From: Escherichia coli
Lineage (GTDB): Bacteria > Pseudomonadota > Gammaproteobacteria > Enterobacterales > Enterobacteriaceae
DNA: 64,000 nucleotides
Assembly: GCF_003018255.1 (NCBI RefSeq)
Contig: NZ_CP027440.1
Strand: one strand, 5' to 3'
The first letter of the stretch is position 1; every line of letters starts with the position of its first letter. Below are positions 1 through 10,639 of the stretch, one piece after another. The notes under the pieces are model-generated. The model saw nothing but the letters and a program-made list of their open reading frames with translations, searched no databases and was not told the origin of the DNA. Made by a program: the position numbers and the translations under genes.

Positions 1-116
1 ATCGCACCGTCGATACCCACATTAAAACGCTGCGTGCCAAGCTGCGCGCCATCAACCCCGATCTTTCACCGATTAATACTCATCGCGGCATGGGATATAG
101 CCTGAGGGGCCTGTAA
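1..116 (+). CDS. creB: Two-component response regulator CreB, C-terminal fragment (5' end outside window)
   Basis: Frame 3 reads ...RTVDTHIKTLRAKLRAINPDLSPINTHRGMGYSLRGL*, an OmpR-family winged-helix C-terminus; stop overlaps the creC ATG (TAATG). Confidence 0.85.
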   Translation, partial: RTVDTHIKTLRAKLRAINPDLSPINTHRGMGYSLRGL

Positions 117-1540
117 TGCGTATCGGCATGCGGTTGTTGCTGGGCTATTTTTTACTGGTGGCGGTGGCGGCCTGGTTCGTACTGGCTATTTTTGTCAAAG
201 AAGTTAAACCGGGCGTGCGAAGAGCAACCGAGGGGACGTTAATCGACACCGCAACGTTGCTGGCGGAGCTGGCGCGTCCCGATTTGCTCTCTGGGGACCC
301 AACGCATGGGCAACTGGCGCAGGCGTTTAATCAGCTACAACATCGCCCGTTTCGCGCCAATATCGGTGGCATTAACAAAGTGCGCAACGAATATCATGTC
401 TATATGACCGATGCGCAGGGCAAAGTATTGTTCGATTCGGCAAATAAAGCCGTTGGACAGGATTATTCGCGCTGGAATGACGTCTGGCTAACGTTGCGTG
501 GTCAGTATGGTGCGCGCAGCACGTTGCAAAATCCTGCCGATCCCGAAAGTTCTGTGATGTATGTTGCCGCGCCGATTATGGACGGCTCGCGGCTTATTGG
601 CGTTTTGAGCGTAGGCAAACCGAACGCGGCGATGGCTCCGGTCATTAAGCGTAGCGAGCGGCGAATTTTATGGGCCAGCGCCATTTTGTTGGGGATTGCA
701 CTGGTGATTGGCGCAGGCATGGTTTGGTGGATCAACCGCTCTATTGCCCGGCTCACTCGCTATGCTGATTCCGTCACTGACAATAAGCCCGTTCCTCTCC
801 CCGATCTCGGTAGTAGCGAGTTGCGTAAACTCGCGCAGGCGCTGGAAAGTATGCGCGTGAAGCTGGAAGGGAAAAACTATATTGAGCAGTATGTTTATGC
901 GTTAACTCATGAGCTAAAAAGCCCACTGGCGGCGATTCGTGGCGCGGCGGAAATTTTACGCGAAGGTCCGCCGCCGGAAGTGGTGGCTCGTTTTACCGAC
1001 AACATTCTGACGCAAAATGCGCGAATGCAGGCACTGGTGGAAACGTTACTACGCCAGGCAAGACTGGAGAATCGTCAGGAAGTCGTTCTGACTGCTGTTG
1101 ATGTGGCGGCATTATTTCGCCGCGTCAGCGAAGCGCGCACCGTGCAGTTGGCAGAAAAAAACATCACTTTGCATGTTATGCCTACTGAGATTAACGTTGC
1201 TGCTGAACCGGCGTTACTGGAGCAGGCGCTGGGGAATTTACTGGATAACGCCATCGATTTTACTCCCGAGAGCGGTCGCATAACGCTAAGCGCCGAAGTG
1301 GATCAGGAATACGTCACCCTTAAGGTGCTGGATACCGGTAGTGGGATTCCTGACTACGCGCTGTCACGTATTTTTGAACGCTTTTACTCTTTGCCGCGTG
1401 CAAATGGGCAAAAAAGCAGCGGTCTGGGGTTGGCGTTTGTCAGTGAGGTCGCCCGTTTGTTTAACGGCGAAGTCACGCTGCGCAACGTGCAGGAAGGTGG
1501 CGTGCTGGCCTCGCTTCGACTTCACCGTCACTTCACATAG
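116..1540 (+). CDS. creC: Sensor histidine kinase CreC
   Basis: 474-aa ORF with N-terminal TM segment, H-box (LTHELKSPLAAIRGAAE) and ATPase motifs (DTGSGIP, GLGLAFV); position after creB and before creD. Confidence 0.95.
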   Translation: MRIGMRLLLGYFLLVAVAAWFVLAIFVKEVKPGVRRATEGTLIDTATLLAELARPDLLSGDPTHGQLAQAFNQLQHRPFRANIGGINKVRNEYHVYMTDAQGKVLFDSANKAVGQDYSRWNDVWLTLRGQYGARSTLQNPADPESSVMYVAAPIMDGSRLIGVLSVGKPNAAMAPVIKRSERRILWASAILLGIALVIGAGMVWWINRSIARLTRYADSVTDNKPVPLPDLGSSELRKLAQALESMRVKLEGKNYIEQYVYALTHELKSPLAAIRGAAEILREGPPPEVVARFTDNILTQNARMQALVETLLRQARLENRQEVVLTAVDVAALFRRVSEARTVQLAEKNITLHVMPTEINVAAEPALLEQALGNLLDNAIDFTPESGRITLSAEVDQEYVTLKVLDTGSGIPDYALSRIFERFYSLPRANGQKSSGLGLAFVSEVARLFNGEVTLRNVQEGGVLASLRLHRHFT

Positions 1541-1597
1541 CTTCAAATTCTTCCCACATAGCCTTCGTATCCTGCTGCCATTGCAAAGGAGAAGACT

Positions 1598-2950
1598 ATG
1601 TTGAAATCCCCCCTGTTCTGGAAAATGACCACCTTGTTTGGTGCAGTATTGCTGTTGTTGATTCCGATAATGCTGATTCGGCAGGTGATTGTCGAACGTG
1701 CCGATTACCGTAGCGATGTGGAAGATGTGATTCGCCAAAGTACCAGCGGGCCGCAAAAACTCGTTGGGCCGCTCATCGCTATTCCTGTGACCGAGCTTTA
1801 TACGGTGCAGGAAGACGATAAAACCGTGGAGCGGAAACGAAGTTTTATTCATTTTTGGTTACCTGAGTCATTGATGGTTGATGGCAATCAGAACGTGGAA
1901 GAACGCAAGATAGGCATCTATACCGGTCAGGTCTGGCACAGTGATTTAACGCTAAAAGCCGATTTCGATGTTTCGCGTCTTAGCGAACTCGACGCGCCAA
2001 ATATCACCTTAGGCAAGCCATTTATTGTGATTAGCGTCGGGGATGCGCGTGGTATTGGTGTGGTGAAAGCGCCTGAAGTTAACGGTACGGCGCTGACCAT
2101 TGAACCCGGCACCGGGTTAGAGCAAGGCGGGCAGGGCGTGCATATCCCTTTACCCGAAGGGGACTGGCGCAAGCAGAACCTGAAGCTGAATGTGGCGCTG
2201 AATTTAAGCGGTACCGGCGATCTTTCTGTGGTGCCTGGCGGGCGTAATAGCGAAATGACCTTAACCAGCAACTGGCCGCATCCCAGTTTTTTAGGTGATT
2301 TTCTACCAGCCAAACGGGAAGTTAGCGAGTCAGGTTTTCAGGCGCAATGGCAAAGTAGTTGGTTTGCTAATAATCTCGGTGAGCGTTTTGCTTCAGGCAA
2401 TGATACCGGCTGGGAAAACTTCCCCGCGTTTAGCGTCGCAGTGACGACGCCAGCCGATCAATACCAATTAACGGACCGGGCGACTAAGTACGCCATTCTG
2501 CTGATTGCGCTGACTTTTATGGCATTCTTTGTTTTTGAAACGCTCACCGCGCAACGTTTACACCCAATGCAATATTTGCTGGTGGGGCTGTCATTGGTGA
2601 TGTTTTATTTGCTCTTGCTGGCGCTTTCTGAACATACCGGTTTTACTGTGGCATGGATAATCGCCAGTCTGATTGGGGCGTTAATGAACGGTATTTATTT
2701 GCAGGCGGTATTGAAAGGCTGGCGTAATAGCATGTTGTTTACCCTCGCGCTGTTGTTGCTGGATGGTGTGATGTGGGGACTGCTCAACTCTGCCGATAGC
2801 GCGCTGTTGTTGGGAACCAGTGTGCTGGTGGTGGCGCTGGCCGGCATGATGTTTGTGACCCGTAATATCGACTGGTATGCGTTTTCACTGCCGAAAATGA
2901 AAGCCAGTAAAGAAGTTACAACGGACGATGAATTACGTATCTGGAAATAA
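1598..2950 (+). CDS. creD: Inner membrane protein CreD
   Basis: 450-aa ORF, multiple hydrophobic segments, matches CreD length and context. Confidence 0.95.
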   Translation: MLKSPLFWKMTTLFGAVLLLLIPIMLIRQVIVERADYRSDVEDVIRQSTSGPQKLVGPLIAIPVTELYTVQEDDKTVERKRSFIHFWLPESLMVDGNQNVEERKIGIYTGQVWHSDLTLKADFDVSRLSELDAPNITLGKPFIVISVGDARGIGVVKAPEVNGTALTIEPGTGLEQGGQGVHIPLPEGDWRKQNLKLNVALNLSGTGDLSVVPGGRNSEMTLTSNWPHPSFLGDFLPAKREVSESGFQAQWQSSWFANNLGERFASGNDTGWENFPAFSVAVTTPADQYQLTDRATKYAILLIALTFMAFFVFETLTAQRLHPMQYLLVGLSLVMFYLLLLALSEHTGFTVAWIIASLIGALMNGIYLQAVLKGWRNSMLFTLALLLLDGVMWGLLNSADSALLLGTSVLVVALAGMMFVTRNIDWYAFSLPKMKASKEVTTDDELRIWK

Positions 2951-2960
2951 GGTTGAAAAA

Positions 2961-2991
2961 TAAAAACGGCGCTAAAAAGCGCCGTTTTTTT
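2961..2991. terminator. Bidirectional rho-independent terminator between convergent creD and arcA
   Basis: Hairpin AACGGCGC-taaaaa-GCGCCGTT flanked by an A-run upstream and a T-run downstream. Confidence 0.8.
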
Positions 2992-3008
2992 GACGGTGGT
3001 AAAGCCGA

Positions 3009-3725
3009 TTAATCTTCCAGATCACCGCAGAAGCGATAACCTTCACCGTGAATGGTGGCGATGATTTCCGGCGTATCCGGCGTAGATTCGAAATGTTTAC
3101 GAATACGGCGGATCGTCACGTCTACAGTACGGTCGTGCGGTTTCAGCTCACGGCCGGTCATTTTCTTCAGCAGTTCAGCACGGGACTGAATTTTGCCTGG
3201 GTTTTCACAGAAGTGAAGCATGGCGCGGAACTCACTGCGCGGCAGCTTGTACTGCTCGCCATCAGGGCCGATCAAAGAACGGCTGTTGATGTCCAGTTCC
3301 CAACCATTGAACTTGTAGCTTTCAACGCTACGACGTTCTTCGCTGACAGTACCCAGATTCATGGTACGGGACAGCAGGTTGCGTGCACGAATAGTCAGTT
3401 CACGCGGGTTGAACGGTTTGGTGATGTAGTCATCTGCACCGATTTCGAGGCCGAGAATTTTATCGACTTCGTTGTCACGGCCAGTCAGGAACATCAACGC
3501 AACATTCGCCTGCTCGCGCAGTTCACGCGCTAACAGAAGACCGTTTTTACCCGGCAGATTGATATCCATGATCACCAGGTTGATGTCATATTCAGAGAGG
3601 ATCTGATGCATTTCCGCGCCATCTGTCGCTTCGAAAACATCATAGCCTTCCGCTTCGAAAATACTTTTCAACGTGTTGCGTGTTACCAACTCGTCTTCAA
3701 CGATAAGAATGTGCGGGGTCTGCAT
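3009..3725 (-). CDS. arcA: Response regulator ArcA (aerobic respiration control)
   Basis: 238-aa [33 protein letters not shown]...; receiver domain plus OmpR-type DNA-binding domain. Confidence 0.97.
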
Positions 3726-3820
3726 GTTTGCTACCTAAATTGCCAACTAAATCGAAACAGGAAGTACAAAAGTCCCTGACCTGCCTGATGCATGCTGCAA
3801 ATTAACATGATCGGCGTAAC

Positions 3821-3961
3821 ATGACTAAAGTACGTAATTGCGTTCTTGATGCACTTTCCATCAACGTCAACAACATCATTAGCTTGGTCGTGGGTACTTT
3901 CCCTCAGGACCCGACAGTGTCAAAAACGGCTGTCATCCTAACCATTTTAACAGCAACATAA
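3821..3961 (+). CDS. yjjY: Small protein YjjY (46 aa), uncharacterized
   Basis: ORF MTKVRNCVLDALSINVNNIISLVVGTFPQDPTVSKTAVILTILTAT read directly from sequence; too short for the supplied ORF track; lies in the arcA upstream region. Confidence 0.6.
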   Translation: MTKVRNCVLDALSINVNNIISLVVGTFPQDPTVSKTAVILTILTAT

Positions 3962-4310
3962 CAGGCTAAGAGGGGCCGGACACCCAATAAAACTACGCTT
4001 CGTTGACATATATCAAGTTCAATTGTAGCACGTTAACAGTTTGATGAAATCATCGTATCTAAATGCTAGCTTCCGTCACATTATTTTAATAATCCAACTA
4101 GTTGCATCATACAACTAATAAACGTGGTGAATCCAATTGTCGAGATTTATTTTTTATAAAATTATCCTAAGTAAACAGAAGGATATATAGCATTTTTTAA
4201 CAATTCAACCGTTAGTACAGTCAGGAAATAGTTTAGCCTTTTTTAAGCTAAGTAAAGGGCTTTTTCTGCGACTTACGTTAAGAGTTTGTAAATTTGCACC
4301 GCGTAATAAG

Positions 4311-4340
4311 TTGACAGTGATCACCCGGTTCGCGGTTATT
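4311..4340 (+). promoter_or_regulatory. Putative sigma70 promoter upstream of lasT
   Basis: TTGACA at 4311-4316 followed at ~18 bp by a weak -10-like element (GGTTAT/TATTTG), about 25 bp upstream of the lasT RBS. Confidence 0.3.
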
Positions 4341-4360
4341 TGATCAAGAAGAGTGGCAAT

Positions 4361-5047
4361 ATGCGTATAACGATTATTCTGGTCGCACCCGCCAGAGCAG
4401 AAAATATTGGGGCAGCGGCGCGGGCAATGAAAACGATGGGGTTTAGCGAGCTGCGGATTGTCGATAGTCAGGCACACCTGGAGCCAGCCACCCGCTGGGT
4501 CGCACATGGATCTGGTGATATTATTGATAATATTAAAGTTTTCCCGACACTGGCTGAATCGTTACACGATGTCGATTTCACTGTCGCCACCACTGCGCGC
4601 AGTCGGGCGAAATATCATTACTACGCCACGCCAGTAGAACTGGTGCCGCTGTTAGAGGAAAAATCTTCATGGATGAGCCATGCCGCGCTGGTGTTTGGTC
4701 GCGAAGATTCCGGGCTGACTAACGAAGAGTTAGCGTTGGCTGACGTTCTTACTGGTGTGCCGATGGTGGCGGATTATCCTTCGCTCAATCTGGGGCAGGC
4801 GGTGATGGTCTATTGCTATCAATTAGCAACATTAATACAACAACCGGCGAAAAGTGACACAACGGCAGACCAACATCAACTGCAAGCTTTACGCGAACGA
4901 GCCATGGCACTGCTGACGACTCTGGCAGTGGCAGATGACATAAAACTGGTCGACTGGTTACAACAACGCCTGGGGCTTTTAGAGCAACGAGACACGGCAA
5001 TGTTGCACCGTTTGCTGCATGATATTGAAAAAAATATCACCAAATAA
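4361..5047 (+). CDS. lasT: SpoU-family tRNA/rRNA methyltransferase LasT (YjtD)
   Basis: 228-aa ORF starting MRITIILVAPARAENIGAAARAMKTMGF...; conserved start chosen over the upstream in-frame ATG at 4340. Confidence 0.9.
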   Translation: MRITIILVAPARAENIGAAARAMKTMGFSELRIVDSQAHLEPATRWVAHGSGDIIDNIKVFPTLAESLHDVDFTVATTARSRAKYHYYATPVELVPLLEEKSSWMSHAALVFGREDSGLTNEELALADVLTGVPMVADYPSLNLGQAVMVYCYQLATLIQQPAKSDTTADQHQLQALRERAMALLTTLAVADDIKLVDWLQQRLGLLEQRDTAMLHRLLHDIEKNITK

Positions 5048-5257
5048 AAAACGCCTTAGTAAGTATTTTTCAGCTTTTCATTCTGACTGCAACGGGCAAT
5101 ATGTCTCTGTGTGGATTAAAAAAAGAGTGTCTGATAGCAGCTTCTGAAATGGTTACCTGCCGTGAGTAAATTAAAATTTTATTGACTTAGGTCACTAAAT
5201 ACTTTAACCAATATAGGCATAGCGCACAGACAGATAAAAATTACAGAGTACACAACA

Positions 5258-5326
<69 letters not shown>

Positions 5327-5344
5327 CGCGTACAGGAAACACAG

Positions 5345-5380
5345 AAAAAAGCCCGCACCTGACAGTGCGGGCTTTTTTTT
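5345..5380 (+). terminator. thr attenuator (rho-independent terminator)
   Basis: Hairpin GCCCGCAC-ctgaca-GTGCGGGC followed by an 8-T run, between thrL and thrA. Confidence 0.9.
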
Positions 5381-5406
5381 CGACCAAAGGTAACGAGGTA
5401 ACAACC

Positions 5407-7869
5407 ATGCGAGTGTTGAAGTTCGGCGGTACATCAGTGGCAAATGCAGAACGTTTTCTGCGGGTTGCCGATATTCTGGAAAGCAATGCCAGGCAGGGGC
5501 AGGTGGCCACCGTCCTCTCTGCCCCCGCCAAAATCACCAACCACCTGGTGGCGATGATTGAAAAAACCATTAGCTGCCAGGATGCTTTACCCAATATCAG
5601 CGATGCCGAACGTATTTTTGCCGAACTTTTGACGGGACTCGCCGCCGCCCAGCCGGGGTTCCCGCTGGCGCAATTGAAAACTTTCGTCGATCAGGAATTT
5701 GCCCAAATAAAACATGTCCTGCATGGCATTAGTTTGTTGGGGCAGTGCCCGGATAGCATCAACGCTGCGCTGATTTGCCGTGGCGAGAAAATGTCGATCG
5801 CCATTATGGCCGGCGTATTAGAAGCGCGCGGTCACAACGTTACCGTTATCGATCCGGTCGAAAAACTGCTGGCAGTGGGGCATTACCTCGAATCTACCGT
5901 CGATATTGCTGAGTCCACCCGCCGTATTGCGGCAAGTCGTATTCCGGCTGATCACATGGTGTTGATGGCAGGTTTCACCGCCGGTAATGAAAAAGGCGAA
6001 CTGGTGGTGCTTGGACGTAACGGTTCCGACTACTCCGCGGCGGTGCTGGCTGCCTGTTTACGCGCCGATTGTTGCGAGATTTGGACGGACGTTGACGGGG
6101 TCTATACCTGCGACCCGCGTCAGGTGCCCGATGCGAGGTTGTTGAAGTCGATGTCCTACCAGGAAGCGATGGAGCTTTCCTACTTCGGCGCTAAAGTTCT
6201 TCACCCCCGCACAATTACCCCCATCGCCCAGTTCCAGATCCCTTGCCTGATTAAAAATACCGGAAATCCTCAAGCACCAGGTACGCTCATTGGTGCCAGC
6301 CGTGATGAAGACGAATTACCGGTCAAGGGCATTTCCAATCTGAATAACATGGCAATGTTCAGCGTTTCTGGTCCGGGGATGAAAGGGATGGTCGGCATGG
6401 CGGCGCGCGTCTTTGCAGCGATGTCACGCGCCCGTATTTCCGTGGTGCTGATTACGCAATCATCTTCCGAATACAGTATCAGTTTCTGCGTTCCACAAAG
6501 CGACTGTGTGCGAGCTGAACGGGCAATGCAGGAAGAGTTCTACCTGGAACTGAAAGAAGGCTTACTGGAGCCGCTGGCGGTGACGGAACGGCTGGCCATT
6601 ATCTCGGTGGTAGGTGATGGTATGCGCACCTTGCGTGGGATCTCGGCGAAATTCTTTGCCGCGCTGGCCCGCGCCAATATCAACATTGTCGCCATTGCTC
6701 AGGGATCTTCTGAACGCTCAATCTCTGTCGTGGTAAATAACGATGATGCGACCACTGGCGTGCGCGTTACTCATCAGATGCTGTTCAATACCGATCAGGT
6801 TATCGAAGTGTTTGTGATTGGCGTCGGTGGCGTTGGCGGTGCGCTGCTGGAGCAACTGAAGCGTCAGCAAAGCTGGTTGAAGAATAAACATATCGACTTA
6901 CGTGTCTGCGGCGTTGCCAACTCGAAGGCTCTGCTCACCAATGTACATGGCCTTAATCTGGAAAACTGGCAGGAAGAACTGGCGCAAGCCAAAGAGCCGT
7001 TTAATCTCGGGCGCTTAATTCGCCTCGTGAAAGAATATCATCTGCTGAACCCGGTCATTGTTGACTGCACCTCCAGCCAGGCAGTGGCGGATCAATATGC
7101 CGACTTCCTGCGCGAAGGTTTCCACGTCGTCACGCCGAACAAAAAGGCTAACACCTCGTCGATGGATTACTACCATCTGTTGCGTCATGCGGCGGAAAAA
7201 TCGCGGCGTAAATTCCTCTATGACACCAACGTTGGGGCTGGATTACCGGTTATTGAGAACCTGCAAAATCTGCTCAATGCAGGTGATGAATTGATGAAGT
7301 TCTCCGGCATTCTTTCTGGTTCGCTTTCTTATATCTTCGGCAAGTTAGACGAAGGCATGAGTTTCTCCGAGGCGACCACGTTGGCGCGGGAAATGGGTTA
7401 TACCGAACCGGATCCGCGAGATGATCTTTCTGGTATGGATGTGGCGCGTAAACTATTGATTCTCGCTCGTGAAACGGGACGTGAACTGGAGCTGGCGGAT
7501 ATTGAAATTGAACCTGTGCTACCCGCTGAGTTTAACGCCGAGGGTGATGTTGCCGCTTTTATGGCGAATCTGTCACAGCTCGATGATCTCTTTGCCGCTC
7601 GTGTGGCGAAGGCCCGTGATGAAGGAAAAGTTTTGCGCTATGTTGGCAATATTGATGAAGATGGCGTCTGCCGCGTGAAGATTGCTGAAGTGGATGGCAA
7701 CGATCCGCTGTTCAAAGTGAAAAACGGCGAAAACGCCCTGGCCTTCTATAGCCACTATTATCAGCCGCTGCCGTTGGTGCTGCGCGGATATGGTGCGGGC
7801 AATGACGTTACAGCTGCCGGTGTCTTTGCCGATCTGCTACGTACCCTCTCATGGAAGTTAGGAGTCTGA
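5407..7869 (+). CDS. thrA: Bifunctional aspartokinase I / homoserine dehydrogenase I
   Basis: 820-aa product [17 protein letters not shown]...; start at the conserved ATG rather than the in-frame upstream extension from 5365. Confidence 0.98.
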
Positions 7870-7870
7870 C

Positions 7871-8803
7871 ATGGTTAAAGTTTATGCCCCGGCTTCCAGT
7901 GCCAATATGAGCGTCGGGTTCGATGTGCTCGGGGCGGCGGTGACACCCGTTGATGGTGCATTGCTCGGAGATGTAGTCACGGTTGAGGCGGCAGAGACAT
8001 TCAGTCTCAATAACCTCGGACGCTTTGCCGATAAGCTGCCGTCAGAACCTCGGGAAAATATCGTTTATCAGTGTTGGGAGCGTTTTTGCCAGGAGCTGGG
8101 TAAGCAAATTCCAGTGGCGATGACCCTGGAAAAGAATATGCCGATCGGCTCGGGCTTAGGCTCCAGCGCCTGCTCAGTGGTCGCGGCGCTGATGGCGATG
8201 AATGAACACTGCGGCAAGCCGCTTAATGACACCCGTTTGCTGGCTTTGATGGGCGAGCTGGAAGGGCGTATCTCCGGCAGCATTCATTACGACAACGTGG
8301 CACCGTGTTTTCTCGGTGGTATGCAGTTGATGATCGAAGAAAACGACATCATCAGCCAGCAAGTGCCAGGGTTTGATGAGTGGCTGTGGGTGCTGGCGTA
8401 TCCGGGGATTAAAGTCTCGACGGCAGAAGCCAGGGCTATTTTACCGGCGCAGTATCGCCGCCAGGATTGCATTGCGCACGGGCGACATCTGGCAGGCTTT
8501 ATTCACGCCTGCTATTCCCGTCAGCCTGAGCTTGCCGCGAAGCTGATGAAAGATGTTATCGCTGAACCCTACCGTGAACGGTTACTGCCAGGCTTCCGGC
8601 AGGCGCGGCAGGCGGTCGCGGAAATCGGCGCGGTAGCGAGCGGTATCTCCGGCTCCGGCCCGACTTTGTTCGCTCTGTGTGACAAGCCGGATACCGCCCA
8701 GCGCGTTGCCGACTGGTTGGGTAAGAACTACCTGCAAAATCAGGAAGGTTTTGTTCATATTTGCCGGCTGGATACGGCGGGCGCACGAGTACTGGAAAAC
8801 TAA
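7871..8803 (+). CDS. thrB: Homoserine kinase
   Basis: 310-aa [27 protein letters not shown]..., GHMP kinase motif [10 protein letters not shown]. Confidence 0.98.
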
Positions 8804-10090
8804 ATGAAACTCTACAATCTGAAAGATCACAATGAGCAGGTCAGCTTTGCGCAAGCCGTAACCCAGGGGTTGGGCAAAAATCAGGGGCTGTTTTTCCCGC
8901 ACGACCTGCCGGAATTCAGCCTGACTGAAATTGATGAGATGCTGAAGCTGGATTTTGTCACCCGCAGTGCGAAGATCCTCTCGGCGTTTATTGGTGATGA
9001 AATCCCGCAGGAAATCCTGGAAGAGCGCGTACGCGCGGCGTTTGTCTTCCCGGCTCCGGTCGCCAATGTTGAAAGCGATGTCGGTTGTCTGGAATTGTTC
9101 CACGGGCCAACGCTGGCATTTAAAGATTTCGGCGGTCGCTTTATGGCACAAATGCTGACCCATATTGCGGGCGATAAGCCAGTGACCATTCTGACCGCGA
9201 CCTCCGGTGATACCGGAGCGGCAGTGGCTCATGCTTTCTACGGTTTGCCGAATGTGAAAGTGGTTATCCTCTATCCACGAGGCAAAATCAGTCCACTGCA
9301 AGAAAAACTGTTCTGTACATTGGGCGGCAATATTGAAACTGTTGCCATCGACGGCGATTTCGATGCCTGTCAGGCGCTGGTGAAGCAGGCGTTTGATGAT
9401 GAAGAACTGAAAGTGGCGCTGGGGCTAAACTCAGCTAACTCGATTAACATCAGCCGTTTGCTGGCGCAGATTTGCTACTACTTTGAAGCTGTTGCGCAGC
9501 TGCCGCAGGAGGCGCGCAACCAGCTGGTTGTCTCGGTGCCAAGCGGAAACTTCGGCGATTTGACGGCGGGTCTGCTGGCGAAGTCACTCGGTCTGCCGGT
9601 GAAACGTTTTATTGCTGCGACCAACGTGAACGATACCGTGCCACGTTTCCTGCACGACGGTCAGTGGTCACCCAAAGCGACTCAGGCGACGTTATCCAAC
9701 GCGATGGACGTGAGTCAGCCGAACAACTGGCCGCGTGTGGAAGAGTTGTTCCGCCGCAAAATCTGGCAACTGAAAGAGCTGGGTTATGCAGCCGTGGATG
9801 ATGAAACCACGCAACAGACAATGCGTGAGTTAAAAGAACTGGGCTACACTTCGGAGCCGCACGCTGCCGTAGCGTATCGTGCACTGCGTGACCAGTTGCA
9901 TCCAGGCGAATATGGCTTGTTCCTCGGCACCGCGCATCCGGCGAAATTTAAAGAGAGCGTGGAAGCGATTCTCGGTGAAACGTTGGATCTGCCAAAAGAG
10001 CTGGCAGAACGTGCCGATTTACCCTTGCTTTCACATAATCTGCCCGCCGATTTTGCTGCGTTGCGTAAATTGATGATGAATCATCAGTAA
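8804..10090 (+). CDS. thrC: Threonine synthase
   Basis: 428-aa ORF MKLYNLKDHNEQVSFAQAVTQGL...; immediately follows thrB. Confidence 0.98.
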   Translation: MKLYNLKDHNEQVSFAQAVTQGLGKNQGLFFPHDLPEFSLTEIDEMLKLDFVTRSAKILSAFIGDEIPQEILEERVRAAFVFPAPVANVESDVGCLELFHGPTLAFKDFGGRFMAQMLTHIAGDKPVTILTATSGDTGAAVAHAFYGLPNVKVVILYPRGKISPLQEKLFCTLGGNIETVAIDGDFDACQALVKQAFDDEELKVALGLNSANSINISRLLAQICYYFEAVAQLPQEARNQLVVSVPSGNFGDLTAGLLAKSLGLPVKRFIAATNVNDTVPRFLHDGQWSPKATQATLSNAMDVSQPNNWPRVEELFRRKIWQLKELGYAAVDDETTQQTMRELKELGYTSEPHAAVAYRALRDQLHPGEYGLFLGTAHPAKFKESVEAILGETLDLPKELAERADLPLLSHNLPADFAALRKLMMNHQ

Positions 10091-10110
10091 TATCTATTCA
10101 TTATCTCAAT

Positions 10111-10146
10111 CAGGCCGGGTTTGCTTTTATGCAGCCCGGCTTTTTT
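10111..10146 (+). terminator. thr operon terminator
   Basis: GC-rich hairpin (GCCGGGTTTGC...GCAGCCCGGC) followed by TTTTTT. Confidence 0.8.
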
Positions 10147-10303
10147 ATGAAGAAATTATGGAGAAAAACGACAGGGAAAAAGGAGAAATGCTCAATAAAT
10201 GCGGTAACTTAGAGATTAGGATTGCGGAGAATAACAACTGCCGTTCTCATCGCGTAATCTCCGGATATCGACCCATAACGGGCAATGATAAAAGGAGTAA
10301 CCT

Positions 10304-10600
10304 GTGAAAAAGATGCAATCTATCGTACTCGCACTTTCCCTGGTTCTGGTCGCTCCCATGGCTGCGCAGGCTGCGGAAATGACGTTAGTCCCGTCAGTAA
10401 AATTACAGATAGGCGATCGTGATAATCGTGGCTATTACTGGGATGGCGGTCACTGGCGCGACCACGGCTGGTGGAAACAACATTATGAATGGCGAGGCAA
10501 TCGCTGGCACCCATATGGACCGCCGCCATCGCCGCGCCATAACAAGCACAATGATCATCGTGGCGATCATCGTCCGGGGCCTGACAAACATCATCGCTAA
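10304..10600 (+). CDS. yaaX: Small secreted His/Trp/Arg-rich protein YaaX (DUF2502)
   Basis: 98-aa ORF with signal peptide [23 protein letters not shown], then a low-complexity H/W/R/G/D-rich mature region. Confidence 0.85.
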   Translation: MKKMQSIVLALSLVLVAPMAAQAAEMTLVPSVKLQIGDRDNRGYYWDGGHWRDHGWWKQHYEWRGNRWHPYGPPPSPRHNKHNDHRGDHRPGPDKHHR

Positions 10601-10607
10601 ATATCAA

Positions 10608-10627
10608 TGCCGGATTGCCATCCGGCA
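10608..10627. terminator. Palindromic hairpin between convergent yaaX and yaaA (putative bidirectional terminator)
   Basis: Perfect inverted repeat TGCCGGAT-tgcc-ATCCGGCA in a 39-bp intergenic gap; no strong U-tract. Confidence 0.4.
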
Positions 10628-10639
10628 TTGACTGCAAAC

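Noticed and set aside
3048-3533. 161-codon ORF antisense to arcA.
   Set aside because: Fully embedded opposite a conserved response-regulator gene; no start-site context or motifs.
5407-7869. Apparent amino-acid differences in ThrA relative to my recollection of K-12 as possible feedback-resistance or engineered alleles.
   Set aside because: My residue-level recall is not reliable enough, and the flanking DNA also shows scattered synonymous differences, consistent with ordinary strain divergence.
10320-10637. Multiple overlapping ORFs in several frames on both strands across yaaX.
   Set aside because: Artefacts of the repetitive His/Trp/Arg-coding sequence of yaaX; only the signal-peptide-bearing + frame is plausible.
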